A DNA stretch of 62,883 nt, the filler included, from Hausera hauseri (taxonomy: Eukaryota), in NCBI GenBank assembly GCA_046269625.1. It is 11 parts of 11 records of this genome, joined end to end, with 100 filler letters (N's around TTAATTAATTAA, not from the genome) between each part and the next. Parts side by side here need not be neighbours in the genome. Positions count along the whole stretch, not along the records: positions 37,891 to 42,747 come from JBJURY010413700.1; positions 42,848 to 49,114 come from JBJURY010119209.1; positions 49,215 to 58,004 come from JBJURY010534342.1; 8 more parts are not named here. One strand, given 5' to 3'. Each line of letters opens with the position of its first letter. Positions within the stretch are counted from its first letter, which is position 1. Positions 38,293-50,756 of this stretch are shown here, piece after piece. The translations under genes were made by a program, and so were the position numbers. The notes under the pieces are model-generated. The model saw only the letters and a list, made by a program, of their open reading frames with translations. It had not been told where the DNA came from and did no database searches.

Positions 38293-39079
38293 TTTATTTC
38301 GATTCAATTTTTCAATTGTATTTTCATTTCTTTATGGAACTGTTTATGACCATAAAATCCCCATTAATCAGAAATGTTGCAGACAGTTTGGTGCTAGCGA
38401 CCTTTCGTGGAGGTAGGTTGATGCACTAACAAATTGAGGTTTCGAATCTTATTTTTGATACTTATTTTATGCAAGGAACGGGTTGATTTGGTGCAAATCC
38501 ATAGAAGCTAAACTAATATATGGTGTGAGAAAATCCTCATAATTCTATTGCAAAAGTCAGGCTCGGCAGATATAACAGACCCATTTTCGATGGACCTATT
38601 TATGGTGGCTGCGCATACCGAGGCCACCACTCAGATTACAGGTTGGTGTTTCTGATTGTTGTTTTTGGGCCACCCTGCAGCTGCACTTATGTTCTCTTCT
38701 AAACGCTTGTACTTTAAATACATGTTAACTCATGAAAATGATAAAAAACTGAATTAAAAGACTGTCTGATATTTTACGACTTCATGTGCATAAACTGCAG
38801 TGCCACAGCATAAATCATTCAACAAAGTACATTCGAATCATGGGCACTTCACCTTGAGACGGCAATTATAGAACTCGATCATGCTCCAAAATCCGAACTT
38901 CACTATGAAGCTTTCAGGGCTGTAGAGGATATTTGCAATTTATTGAGTACATAGAATATTACGTCTAAACCATGAATTTTGGCCAACTGCTATGCGTAAA
39001 CCGCAACAGCATTTCGCCAATTGGGAATCTCATATTGGTTTCATGCAGCAACATTACATAAATTTTTTTCAGCAAAGCA

Positions 39080-41180
39080 TACCGACGAAATTGACACTAA
39101 AAGATCTCAAAGATCCGTTAAGTCATATTTAAAAAAGTCTCCCAGTCGTACAAAAATGTGGAATTTGTAAAATGATCGCACCCAAACAATGCAATCCGTC
39201 ATTTGTAGTTGACTATAAAACCTTTAATTTTCGACCACGTGTCCAACGATTGAATGAAGTTGGGGTCCATGCGATAATAATAATAAGTTTTGTTCATTCT
39301 TTAGAGGCGTATTGGCAAGTTCAAAATTGCCGGTGGGAGTTGCCGATGGTTCGCAATAAAAAATTGGGTGTATTCAAGTTGCATAAAAAAGTAAAGAAAT
39401 ACGGCGGTGGCCAGCAGGCGACAAAGAACAAGCAATGGACACAGATTTGTCAGCTTTTAGGATTCGATGAGAAATCACATCATGTCTGTACGATGGTTCA
39501 AGAGTCTTTCAAAAAATTGATTAAACCGTATTTGGATTTCTGCTATGAGACACTTCAGAACTCCAATCTCAATTTGTTTCATGATCCAAATTTGATTCTA
39601 GGCCTCCAAAATTAGAATCAAAATTGACATTAATTTCGGATCGCCGAAAATAACTCGTTCAAAAAGCAAAGCATCGCAAAAGATCACGGACAGAAGTTGT
39701 AAAATTTATGAATCGGACAGCAATTCAAAACAACTTATACGTTATAGCAAATGTTGTGGTTGGTACCACATAGTTAGTCTCGGTCCGCCTTTATCCGATA
39801 TGCCACTGGGTAAACACTGGATGTGTATTCGTTGTAGTCACATAAATTGCCGGAGAGAACTAGCTAAGCTCGATGCTGAAGTGTTTGGGTTTGCTCAGTC
39901 CACGTGTAAATATAGTTTGGTGATATTTGCAACATACTCAGATAATTTCAAACACACGCATTCCAAGGACAGCAAAGTGATGGAGAATTCTTGGACATAT
40001 TACCCTGGTTTTAATCAGACATTTTTCTACAGAGACCGTCAATTTTTTGCCCGCCTGATTGGCTTATAAAAGTCCGCTTATCCGTGACAAATTATCGATC
40101 AGTCAAACATCCATCGATATTCTCTCATTACGAATTTGTCAGTAAAATGGAAACTGCCGTTGAATTACTCGATCTTCTTCTACTGAAAGCTGTTCATCAC
40201 GAAATACTCGTCATCCAACCAGAACAAAAACCATCAAGAATACAAATGTATTTATCAGTTCAAGTTACTTATCGAACTGAAAGATAGCAACTCGATAAAA
40301 TATCAGAAGACGAACCAGAACGTATTGTCTGTCGCACAACTTCGTTAATATCAGGTGTAACGCGTACCCTCTGTGGTACATTGTAAATGGAGTAACTAGT
40401 CTCAATCACATCAAAGATGTTTGTCACTGTTCAAATATAATAAAAATCATTTTAAAAAACCGTTATTCATTGGATGAAATTACAGGTCTAGCGAATAATG
40501 TTAACAAACATCTGGAACAATACAGACTGTGGAAGGCTCTTGTTCATCATTTGACAAAACCCAATTTCTGTGCTAATATCATTCCGGCTGAGGAATATCG
40601 ATTTATCAAAAATATTTCAACAGTTATTGAAAAGCCCAACACTCTGAAAGAGAAGAACATGAAGGCTGTGAATACTGAGAAAAAATGGACTTAGGGAGAC
40701 TCGGGATTCTTCTACAACACAAAAAGCATGAACTGTCCTTCTCATCTGTCGAACTTCTCAGAAGCAGTAACAGAGACGTGTTATCGAACAATGAACTTCA
40801 CAAATCAACTGTTGAATGCACATCAACAAACGGTCAAATTTGAAAAGCACGAAACAACAGAATCAATAAAATCCGAATTCAAATGCAAAAGTACTACTGT
40901 TTTCAAACGGAGTATTGCTGCACAGAAACATGAGAAACAAATTGATAAATCGACATTTCCTGAAATGCAATCATCTTTAGAGAAACTGAGAAGTCTATCG
41001 GACCATTTTCCACAACTTAAAGAGGCAGCACAAATTCCGAATTACAGTAATACCTGGAGGGAAAAGGTGAAATACGTCGTTCTAAGTCTGACTGTAACAA
41101 GCAATACGGACAGTAAATGGATAAATACTTTACTGTATTATGTGGACAAATGCGTTACTTCAGCCACCAAACAGGGTTCC
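39080..41180 (+). pseudogene. KDM5: KDM5/JARID1 histone demethylase relic (JmjN, ARID, PHD1, C5HC2, PLU-1), JmjC core missing
   Basis: DPLSHI..CGICKM..FRPRVQRLNE (JmjN); YWQVQ..KLHKKVKKYGG..KQWTQI (ARID); YHI..PPL.DMP.G.WMCIRC (PHD); FGFAQ..YSL; GFN..VNF..DWL; HIKDVCHC..RYSLDE. Confidence 0.9.
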
Positions 41181-41185
41181 GCCTC

Positions 41186-42747
41186 AACAGCCGAATTCTT
41201 CGGGGGGAGAGTTTTCCCCGGCACCTCTGTGTTATTGGTGCGGATCGACATCCTCGGTCGCTCATCACAGAGCCGTGGGTCGCGTGTCATGCAGTGCGGG
41301 GACATTACATCACGCCTCTGGCTCTAGCCATCCCTCATTTTCAATTCTCATTTTTAAATTTAATACACATTAAAACATATCACGCATGTAACAGTACATT
41401 AGGGAAACATATACACGTCGATTTTTAAAGTCTTCCATCTTTCTGAATTCACTCTATTTCTGAATGGACTTATTCTTTACCCCGACGAAATGATGTGCTC
41501 TTTTCAATCACTTCTTTCCTGATATCTTAATCTAGAGCTAATTCCTAAACTCCGCGGTGGCTCTGATCCAACCTCTGAGGAGATAAAGAAATCTCCAAAT
41601 ATAACTTTTGCTTCCCCAACTCCATCTTCTTTCCCACATTTTCAGTTCGCGGATTTTTCTTCGGTAGTCAAAACTCTTGTTGAACATGGCTAGATTTCCA
41701 GGCAAAGCGGAAAGTCCCACATAAAATCACTGATTCGTTTCAAAAGGCGAAAAGTCTACTTTTCCATCTGCCACCCAATATAAAATTCGGCATAACTAAT
41801 CCTTTTGACACCTTTAATCATTCTGATCTATACAAATCGCTACTTGACGCTGTAACTACATCAACTGAGCCTCCGCTAGATTCTAATTCAAAAATACTTC
41901 AACGAAAATGCTCTTGGCCAGCAAAAGCCTTCGGAATTCCTTCGGACCTCACTTTCGCAATTAAACTCATTCGGCGTAAACCAACAAAATAACGCGGATC
42001 TTCACAGACACTATTTCCTCTCATCTTTGCCAATCCAAATCCGCGCACTTCTCACTGTAGTGGAGGATTCTTCGTCGCTTGACAAACTGGCGCAACTGGC
42101 GGACAGAAGTTATGAAATATTTCATAACAGCAATTCACACACAACCGTTCTAAATCTACAAGCAACGCAATCACCAACAATAGTTGCAAACCTGCAATCA
42201 GCAAATTCATCAAACAATGCGCATACTACAATTAACCAAATTTAAAATCTGCAATCCATCAGGCCATTTGGGCCATTTCTAACAAACTTGACTCTTTGTA
42301 CCTGCCGCGTCGTGATCGTTTTAGCACAAACCGGAGCCGACAGTCGTCTGCAAACTCTACGCATGCTCAGTCACCTTCGCGACAAATGATGTGCTATTAT
42401 CACACTAAATTCAATAGAAATGCAAAAAATGATGTGTATGGTGAAAGTTCTATACAAAGCGTTTTTACTCACACAATGCAGTCCGCATCTACCATGGTAA
42501 GTTTAAAGACTGTGCAAAACGCTGCTTACCTGGGTGTAAGTTTTACACCCAAAACATTCCAACTTCTTCATCTATTCAAAAAACCACTAAAGCCGCCAGA
42601 AACTACGGCAAATTCTGGCAAAGGCCATCTGTTCCGTTTTGACTGCCGTACTTCTACCAATAGCGTTTTCTTATTGGATGCTGCACTCACATCTTTTCCT
42701 ATACACATTGAATTTATGATCGATTCAGGTGCAGCTGTTTCATTACT
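41186..42747 (+). mobile_element. CsRn1-like Gypsy copy 2: leader-UBL-gag-frameshift-PR start
   Basis: SEFTLFLNGLIL..LNLELIPKLRGG|SDP; LPIQIRALLTVV..LDKLAQLADR; CYYHTKF; IDSGAAVSL. Confidence 0.9.
41338..41561 (+). pseudogene. ubiquitin-like domain at the Gag N-terminus (copy 2), frameshifted
   Basis: ILIF..SEFTLFLNGLIL..LELIPKLRGG, with GG at 41556-41561. Confidence 0.7.
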
Positions 42748-43056
42748 NNNNNNNNNNNNNNNNNNNNNNNNNNNNNNNNNNNNNNNNNNNNTTAATTAAT
42801 TAANNNNNNNNNNNNNNNNNNNNNNNNNNNNNNNNNNNNNNNNNNNNACATGCATCATGATGTGAAAGCATTGAAATAAAAAAAATAAAAATTATAAATC
42901 TCTAACATAAAATAACGTCATAAAATACGTTACAACCTACACAATATAGAACAACTAACAACACTCTATCTAATATAAAAAGACTATGTACATAAACTAC
43001 ACATGAAAAACGTGAGAAAATACGATAACATTGTATTAAAGTATAGCTTGTGACAG

Positions 43057-43078
43057 GCACTACAATACTCCCCGTGGC
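43057..43078 (-). promoter_or_regulatory. polypurine tract and 3' LTR start
   Basis: Minus strand GCCACGGGGAGTAT-TGTAGTGC; same motif at 61362-61388. Confidence 0.7.
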
Positions 43079-46000
43079 TGAGATGAATTGTAAATAAAAG
43101 ATTGAAAGGAAATCCCGAGACCAAACTGTTTTAAAAGGTTTTGTGAGTACGAGGCGTTGTAATCCATCGTTATATAATTGTCTGCTATAGATGATAAATG
43201 TGATTGATTTTCGCTATATTTTCACTGTAGTGTCTGAATGCTTGCTGGGTTTGGCAAAAACACATTAGTTTTAGTATGATTGGGTGTTGTGTCTGGGGAA
43301 GGTAGAAAGAGATGATTGTAGGTAAATTATTCCAGTTTTCTGCGACAGTTTTGGAAGGTGATAAGTTGGCCGGTGAAGTAGAAATAGGCGAAGGTATAGA
43401 AATAGGGTGTGGAGCAGAAATATAGGTAAAGATAGACGTAGAGGGTAATGCAGAGATGGGGACAGGAGTGAGATTGGTAGATGACGATATATGTAAGAAT
43501 TTTTGTTATGTAAAAGTATGCAAAACGAATCTTTGATGATTATGACAAAGTGATCCTGTGCTGCTCGTATTCTATCGTCTGTAGAAGTCTCTTCAAGAGC
43601 GGTACAGAGGTTCCGAATAAAGCTTCCGTTGGTCAGCATCCTGTGGAAGTAGACGGGGTGTTCCATCATCCAAGCAGAACGAACGGAAGAAGAGTACTCC
43701 ACTTGGTGTTGGACTGTCCAAGGATTATAAGCGATGTTTTCAATGTTCGATGGAAGCGTTCGAGAAGGCCGTTCAATTGGGGATGATAAGGTGTTGTATA
43801 AATGTGGCTTATTCCCAATGGGTTGATTAGGGATTCAAACAAATTTGACTCGAATTACAGACCTTTGTCTAAGATGATATAACGAGGAGACCCGAATCTA
43901 CTAATCCACGTACGGATGAAAATATCGGCTATAGTATCAGTGTTTGTGCTTCGCAGTCGGATGGATTCCGGCCATCGTGAGGAACGGTCCATCATGGTCA
44001 GAATAAATTGGTGCCCGTTATCTATTGGAAGGGAACCGACGATATCAATATGTACTGTTTCAAAGCGTGATGTGCAAGGGAAGTGGAATAATGGTGGTTT
44101 TAAATGTTTTATGCTTTTATATTTCTGACAAGGCACGTACTCTTTAACGCACGCTTGCACATCGGAGTGCATGGACGGCCAAACTACCTGACGTTAAATT
44201 AAGCAAACGTTGCCTTGGCACCAGGATGATGTAATAAATGTACACTATCAAATGCTTTTTGTGTAAAGATGGGGCAAGAATTATTTTAGAATTTCCTGGT
44301 TTGGAAGTATCTAAGGCCACGCCGTTAACGATGTGGTGAGAATTGAACGACTTTAGAACGTCTTAGGATGGCTGATTTTCTTGCAGTTTTGTCTGAGTAA
44401 AAATTGGCGAAAAATTGACTGAACCGACTGATCTAGATTGGAAATCGGCAAATAGATTGTCAACACCGTCAATGTGTTTAATGTCAAAGTTAAACGTGGA
44501 TAAATTTGAAATTTGTCGTTCTTGTCGAGTTGAAGGATGTTTTATTGTCATTACATTAATCAGCGGTTTGTGATCAGTCTGTATAACAAAATGACGAGCT
44601 GTAAGTGAAATAAACGTCTTAAAGCAAGGACTATTTCCAGAAGTTTTGTGGTAGAAAGTTGAATATCTAGTTTTGGGCGGCGTTAATTTTCGGGGAAAGA
44701 ATTCTAGGTGCTGATTTTCGCCTTTATATAACTGGTGTAATACGGCGTCTACTGCGATGTTTGATGCATCTGCGGTCAAAATTATTTCAGCGTTAGGCTT
44801 AGGAAATGATAGTATTTCAACGGTCTTTAGTCCTTCACGTAGTCTATCAAACTTGTTAACCAGTTGTGGTGTCCATATGATTTTCTGGTGTTCTTTTTCC
44901 TCCACTTAAGTGTGCAAAAGGTGCTGTGAGTTCTGAACAATATGGGGTATATTTGTGGACGAAATGCAGGGTAGCAAGAAAACTGCGCATTTCACTGGTT
45001 GTCTTGGGTAGTTGGAGGTTTTTCAGAGTCTCAACTCGATCAGGCTAAGGCGAATGGCCTCTTGAGGAGATAATATGTCCAAGAAAATTAACATGTTTTT
45101 GGAAGTAGTTACATTTCGCAAAATTGATCTATAGGTTAAACTGATTAAGTTGTCTGAAGACATATCGTAGGTGTTCCTCGTGTTGTTTAACAGAAGAAGA
45201 AGCAACCAAGATATCGGCAATATATGGATGAGCAAAAGGGAAGTCTGAAAGAATTGTGTCGACTTGTCGCTGAAAAGTCTGCGCAGCATTCCGGAAGCCG
45301 AAAGGCATGTACAAATACTCATAAAGACCGAAAGGTGTGGTAACTGAAGTTTTTTCCATGTCTTCAGGTGCGACAGGAATTTGGTCGTAAGCTTTGTCTA
45401 AATCAATTGCTGAATAGACTGTAGTAGTATTAAGCCGATATAATATGTCTTTGATTAATGATAGTGGATATGCATCCATTATGGTTAAACTATTAGGCTG
45501 GGGATTATTGCCGCATGGTTGGAAGGATCCATCTTTTTTGGACAACGTCGAGAGGCGAAGACCATTGGGATTTAGACCTGCGGACAATACCTGATTGTTC
45601 AAGGTCAAAAAATTCCGCCTCTACTGTTTGCCTGCGGCGCGATGACAATGGACGGACCTTTTGTCGAATTGGTCTTTGGTATCGTGTAAATATATGGTGG
45701 TAAATGCCGCTTACAGGAATGGAATTCCGATCTTTCTGAAGTATACGAGGGCAAGAAGTATGGATGAATTGTTGTAAACTTACGGGTAGTTGCTGGAATC
45801 TGGGAAGTTACAATGAACCGATTTTGCTACCAGTACTTGGTGAATGTTGATTGATTGTTGGTGGAGAAATCAGTGGAGTTTGTCTGAGACCTTATTTAAG
45901 TACGTGTTGTTGTACGGTGATTTTACTGAAGATACAAGATCGTGAGTGACGTCATTGAGCTGTGACTGATTATCGACATTCCACTTTAAAAGCTTACGAG

Positions 46001-47618
46001 GTAAAACGTGATAGTTAAGAAAATCAGGGTGTTGTGTTGACTGTTTTAAGATTGATTGCCTACTTACCGTTGGCTGTGCTGTCGTCGGGTGCCTCCTATC
46101 CCTGCATTACAGTCTTCGGGTGTATTTGATTTCAAACATCGTTGGTTACAATCGACTAGCAAATTATAGCGCAACAGGAAATCGGAGCCAACTATTACCA
46201 TCTGAACGTTAGCGACTGTAAACGTCCAATAAAATAGTGAGGAAAGTTTTGGGTAAATGGAAGATAATTTGCAAGTTCCAGCAATATGCAGGAGTTGACC
46301 GGAGGCGGTATATAACGGTTTTGTTTCAAGTGAAGAATTCTGAACCCGGAAAAAAGTGGTAATGAGATCGCTGCGCCAGTATCGATGAGAATGTCTATTG
46401 CTTGAATGTTGGGATTAGAGATAGCAGCTTTTAGTGCAAAGACTGCAAATGAAGTGTGTCGGCAAGAAGAATTAGGACATTTGCCTTTGCCAAGATCTGC
46501 CATGAATACTGGCGGCGGAATCAGTTTTTTTTGGATTGATGAGGTTGGTCGATCAATGCTAGAGAAACTGGGGCGTATATCAGTAGTGTAACTACGGTTA
46601 GTTTTATAGTGGCAGCATGAAATACAGTTCCGAGCACTTGATCCATATGTTGCATGATAGATGCAAACAATGTTATCTGAGTGTAGATGTGAGGAATAAT
46701 ATCTACAGCCTAAACAGCATTTCTTTGTTTTGTTATTAAATTTGTTATAATAATAACATATGAATGAACATGTTGGTGACGGTGTTCCATTTCTTGAGAC
46801 ATAGCGCGTTCGATAGTGAAAGAAAGCATTCCGTCGATATCATGAAAGGTCATTCAGCTTATCATTGATGTTATTGATTGTAAGTTGTAGTGCCGCATTT
46901 TCGGCGCGTAACTGGTTCAATTGGTGTTCGATAGATGTATATCGTTGATTATCGTCGGTCGTAATTTAGGCTGATATGACGGGTTGTGATTGTATTAGTA
47001 AAATTTCGCGTGCTTTATCGTCCAATTCAGTTAGTTTATCTAAAGCTGCAGAATCCTCAACAACAGTAAGTAGATCCCTGATTTGGATGGGTAAAGCGTT
47101 AAGAAAATATCGGCGGAGTAAATCTGGAATTGTTCCTTGGTGACACCCAGGGTACGTAAGTGGGTCAACGAGGTCCCTAAGAAATTATTAAGTTTTGTTT
47201 CCCCATTGCGTTTTCATTAAAGAATCTTTGTATTATCGAGTCAATTGGTGGTTTTGTTAGTTTTAATACAGCACTGAACAATTGCATATAAGGGTCAGGA
47301 TGTTGAAAGATATCCAATAAGTTATGGATTGAGGTTTTATGGAGTTTGATAGAAGGTAGAGTAGATTATGGGCTTTGGTTAATGAATCGGTAATGCCGTT
47401 GGATTGAAGCCAATGTTGGTGGAAGTGGAGCCATGTCTTACTAGAATTTTCATTGTCTGTAAAGTATTCAGAGCAATGAGAACGTGTAATTGTAGGGGTT
47501 TTGTGAGAAAAACTAGTATCGGTCGAAGTGGTTAGTTGATTTGATTTTGGATAGTTGACAATGGATTTGGTTTTGTGGCCGCCTTATCTGTGAAATCACT
47601 GGTCGGTGAAGAAATCAT

Positions 47619-47832
47619 ACCGCCGCGGATTCTAGGGTGGATATGAATACCGAGGTAGTGTTGTGAGGACATGATGTATGGGAGTTCGGTTAAAATGAAT
47701 CCATTGTGTGTCAAATAGAATTCACTAAAGGCAGTGGCTTTATAAATAGTCATATAATCGTGATGTGTCGATACGTTGTGTAATATATGCGGTATGTATT
47801 AATTTATCATTTACAAAAAGATGGATGTGAAT
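47619..47832 (-). pseudogene. ubiquitin-like domain at the Gag N-terminus (copy 3)
   Basis: IHIHLFVNDKLIHT..-(fs)-SEFYLTHNGFIL..GIHIHPRIRGG|MISSP. Confidence 0.75.
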
Positions 47833-48453
47833 TATCGTTGGTAAGGAGCAAGATGGGTGGTGTCGTATCTCTACACATTTTTGGGTGTATTCTGAGTGAG
47901 TGATAACTTTGTGTCTTTGAATGGAAAAACGGTCAATCTCTTTTTAACAAAGAAGTATTCTCTACTGTACAGTGACTCGCGCAAAACATTCCAGGATTCC
48001 GTACCTGATTTTTAGATCGATGGAAAAAATAAACCAATGGAATTAAATACTTCAATCTCATTAATTAATGACGAATGTTCACAAGGAAATATGGCACACT
48101 CGTGAGACTCTTTAATACTGTGTTTAAACTTTGTTCTAGAACTGATGGGAAAAGCATTCTGATAGTCAATATCAACAGCACATGATATTCGTGGTCGTGT
48201 TGCAATAACATATAGGTGTGTCAATACCTGCAAATGGTATCTTTTTCCAGGATAGGTTGGAGGGAATCTTGGGAAAAAGACTAAGAAGAAATGCAGAGCA
48301 CTTTGTAGAATTACATAGAATAAGTGTTCCGCCGCCTATGAATAAAAGCCCAATGAACATAGACACCGTAATGAAGCATATCTTTAACTCTAATTATTGG
48401 TCGAAGGCTTCGAGACATACATAATCGCATTAAATTACCAATGCCGGATACAA

Positions 48454-49114
48454 TCATGCACGCCGATAATTAGAGGTTGGATAAAGCCTGATCATAAAAG
48501 TATTGCCCAATGTTCTCCAATAATTGCAATCATTTTTATTGGATAAGAATTCCTCAATGTGCGAAAGAATAGTAGCAAGACCATCCCGCTTATACGTATC
48601 AGGGTATCGCATGGATATTACAAAACTTGACCCCACGAGTAACAAAAGGAAACCCTCGTTGGTCATCAGAATATACTTTTCAACAAAATCTGTCGGTCGG
48701 ACCTGTCGAAGGGAGTCGAGATGCCGAGGAAAATAAAAGCGTCTATTATATAAAACACTTGGAATTAGTAGGGCAAATTGTACAATATCGGTATAACGTT
48801 CTGTCTTAAAGAACCGATTGAAACGGGTTTCGGGATTAAATTCATTACGTTGGATTCCGTTCGTTTCAAAATTTTCAATCACTCTTGTATGAGGTTTGAG
48901 AAGCGGGGCCATGAAATAATAATTTTCATTATTATTCATATCTTTGATAGTTGTGTCAAGGTAGACAATAATAAAGGCAATCTCGTCATAATTTATTACT
49001 TTGTTGAGTTCCATAATTCTTTGATAGAGGCAAGCATTGACGGCGGCAACTATTTTAGTATTGTTATTGGAGCATAGAGTCAACAAATAATAAAATCCAA
49101 GCCCGGTAAATTCC
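48454..49114 (-). CDS. possible BEACH-family (NBEAL-like) protein fragment
   Basis: KVINYDEIAFII..LD, ENYYFMAPLLK and FVEKYI resemble a recalled NBEAL1 segment preceding PH-BEACH; unverified. Confidence 0.4.
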
Positions 49115-49214
49115 NNNNNNNNNNNNNNNNNNNNNNNNNNNNNNNNNNNNNNNNNNNNTTAATTAATTAANNNNNNNNNNNNNNNNNNNNNNNNNNNNNN
49201 NNNNNNNNNNNNNN

Positions 49215-49791
49215 TAGTTCTCAAGCCGAAATAATCGGTACGCGGTGGTTAGTAAACACGCCCGAGAGAACCGCCACTATTGTCTATGACCAACATGACA
49301 CCTCTAGGGTGGTTGACTTGCCTGCTAAAACCATGTGGATTGATGTTCCGCTAGGTGCAGTGGTTCACATTGGCAATGTGGCTCTTTATCATCTCCACCA
49401 TGACCAATATGAAAGCAGTTTAGAGTTCCCAGACCTCCTCAAAAACTTAAGTTTAGAAATAGATCCTGAAATCTTAGAACAGATCCAATTTGAGGGGTCC
49501 AAGACCATAGATGTTGAGCCAGTGAACCAGGTTCTCAAGACTCTTAACACCCGTGCTAAAATTCCCACTCAGTCAATCAACTACTCATGGTCAACCCCCG
49601 ATACCCTTATCTTAACTTTGGTGCTCTCAAGCTGCGGATTAACAATCGGCTTAGCAGTAATGCATTTTAGATATGTACGATCTCTCAAGGCCAAGCTTGA
49701 CCGTTTCATTGCGCGCTACCACAAAGCTACCACACGTAGGTCTGAGCTCTCTCTGCAGGAGGTAACGGCTACTGCCTCCTCATACATGTAA
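49215..49791 (+). CDS. env: env C-terminus of the lokiretrovirus-like element
   Basis: Open frame ending in TM LILTLVLSSCGLTIGLAVM and a basic cytoplasmic tail, ~1 kb upstream of the PPT. Confidence 0.75.
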
Positions 49792-50743
49792 ACACCCACA
49801 TAACCATCTACACTCTTTTCTTTCTGTCTTTGTTTGTTATAACATGTGTGAAGTGGTTCACAAATGTCTGATGGAAGTTTAGAAATAATTGTTAGCCCCA
49901 ATCAGCTACTAACCAACCCTCAGGCTAACCCCTTTAAATTTAGCCAGTCTTTTTACCCACTAAAAGTTTAAGTCTAATGCCCCTCTATACTTTATAGCTT
50001 ATCTTGATTGCTAATTTGAGTAATCTCCCTGCCCTAAGCAGTTAGAGCCCTTTTGTAATGTTTTTAGGAACGTCACCTCTCAAGTTATCTCCACTCAGAG
50101 GTTCATATAGCTTGTTAAATATTAAATTAGTGTCAATAGGACAACCACAGTGCAACACTTAATCAGTGAGCCCTACGGAGCATCATCACCCTCATCTTCG
50201 TCTGAGATGACTTCGACATTCTCGTCGTCCCTGGTCTGCTGATTCCTCCTCCTCTCCACTCTACTCCTGGTGAATGTCCCACCTCACTCCATCCTCGTTG
50301 GTCTACGTCTGGTTCTGGTTCGTTTGGCCCTCCAGTCCTCCTAACGTCCCTCTGGTTGTTCCTGAGACATATCGTCACCTTTCGAGTGGGTTACCCATCG
50401 GATTACTACAGTCCTTAACTGGAATTACCTTTGGATTACCAATCATCATTATTTCTATTAACTGGGATTACCTGGGGTCCCCTTTTCCTCAACCGGGTCT
50501 AATTGGTTAACGTCCTGGAAGTTACCAACTCATAAAATTGAAAAAAAAAGAGGAACAAAAACACCCACAAGTTCACCCATAAATGTTCTTGGACATTTAT
50601 TACCTTGGATTACCACTATCGGATTATTGGATTACCGTTGTTATCGGACTTCCTTCCCTGTTTGGATTACTTCAAGATCTCAAGATCCCAAAGGGTTTTC
50701 CCTTATCTGTACAACTGGTCACCTTGAACTGGTAACAACTTGT

Positions 50744-50754
50744 AGAGGGGGGAG
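50744..50754 (+). promoter_or_regulatory. polypurine tract
   Basis: AGAGGGGGGAG, 2 nt before TGTAG. Confidence 0.85.
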
Positions 50755-50756
50755 TA

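Larger units (their letters stand above)
43057..47860 (-). mobile_element. CsRn1-like Gypsy copy 3, near full internal region: UBL-gag-PR-RT-RH-IN-tail-PPT
   Basis: IDTGAAISL; DLDKAYDQIP; MPFGFRNAAQTFQR; YIADIL (YxDD mutated); TADASN; TDHKPL; VHIDIVG; NGLLERF; PPT followed by TGTAGTGC. Confidence 0.93.

Noticed and set aside
41236-41250. PBS in copy 2 (TGGTGCGG)
   Set aside because: No convincing tRNA match beyond TGGTGC, and it differs from copy 1.
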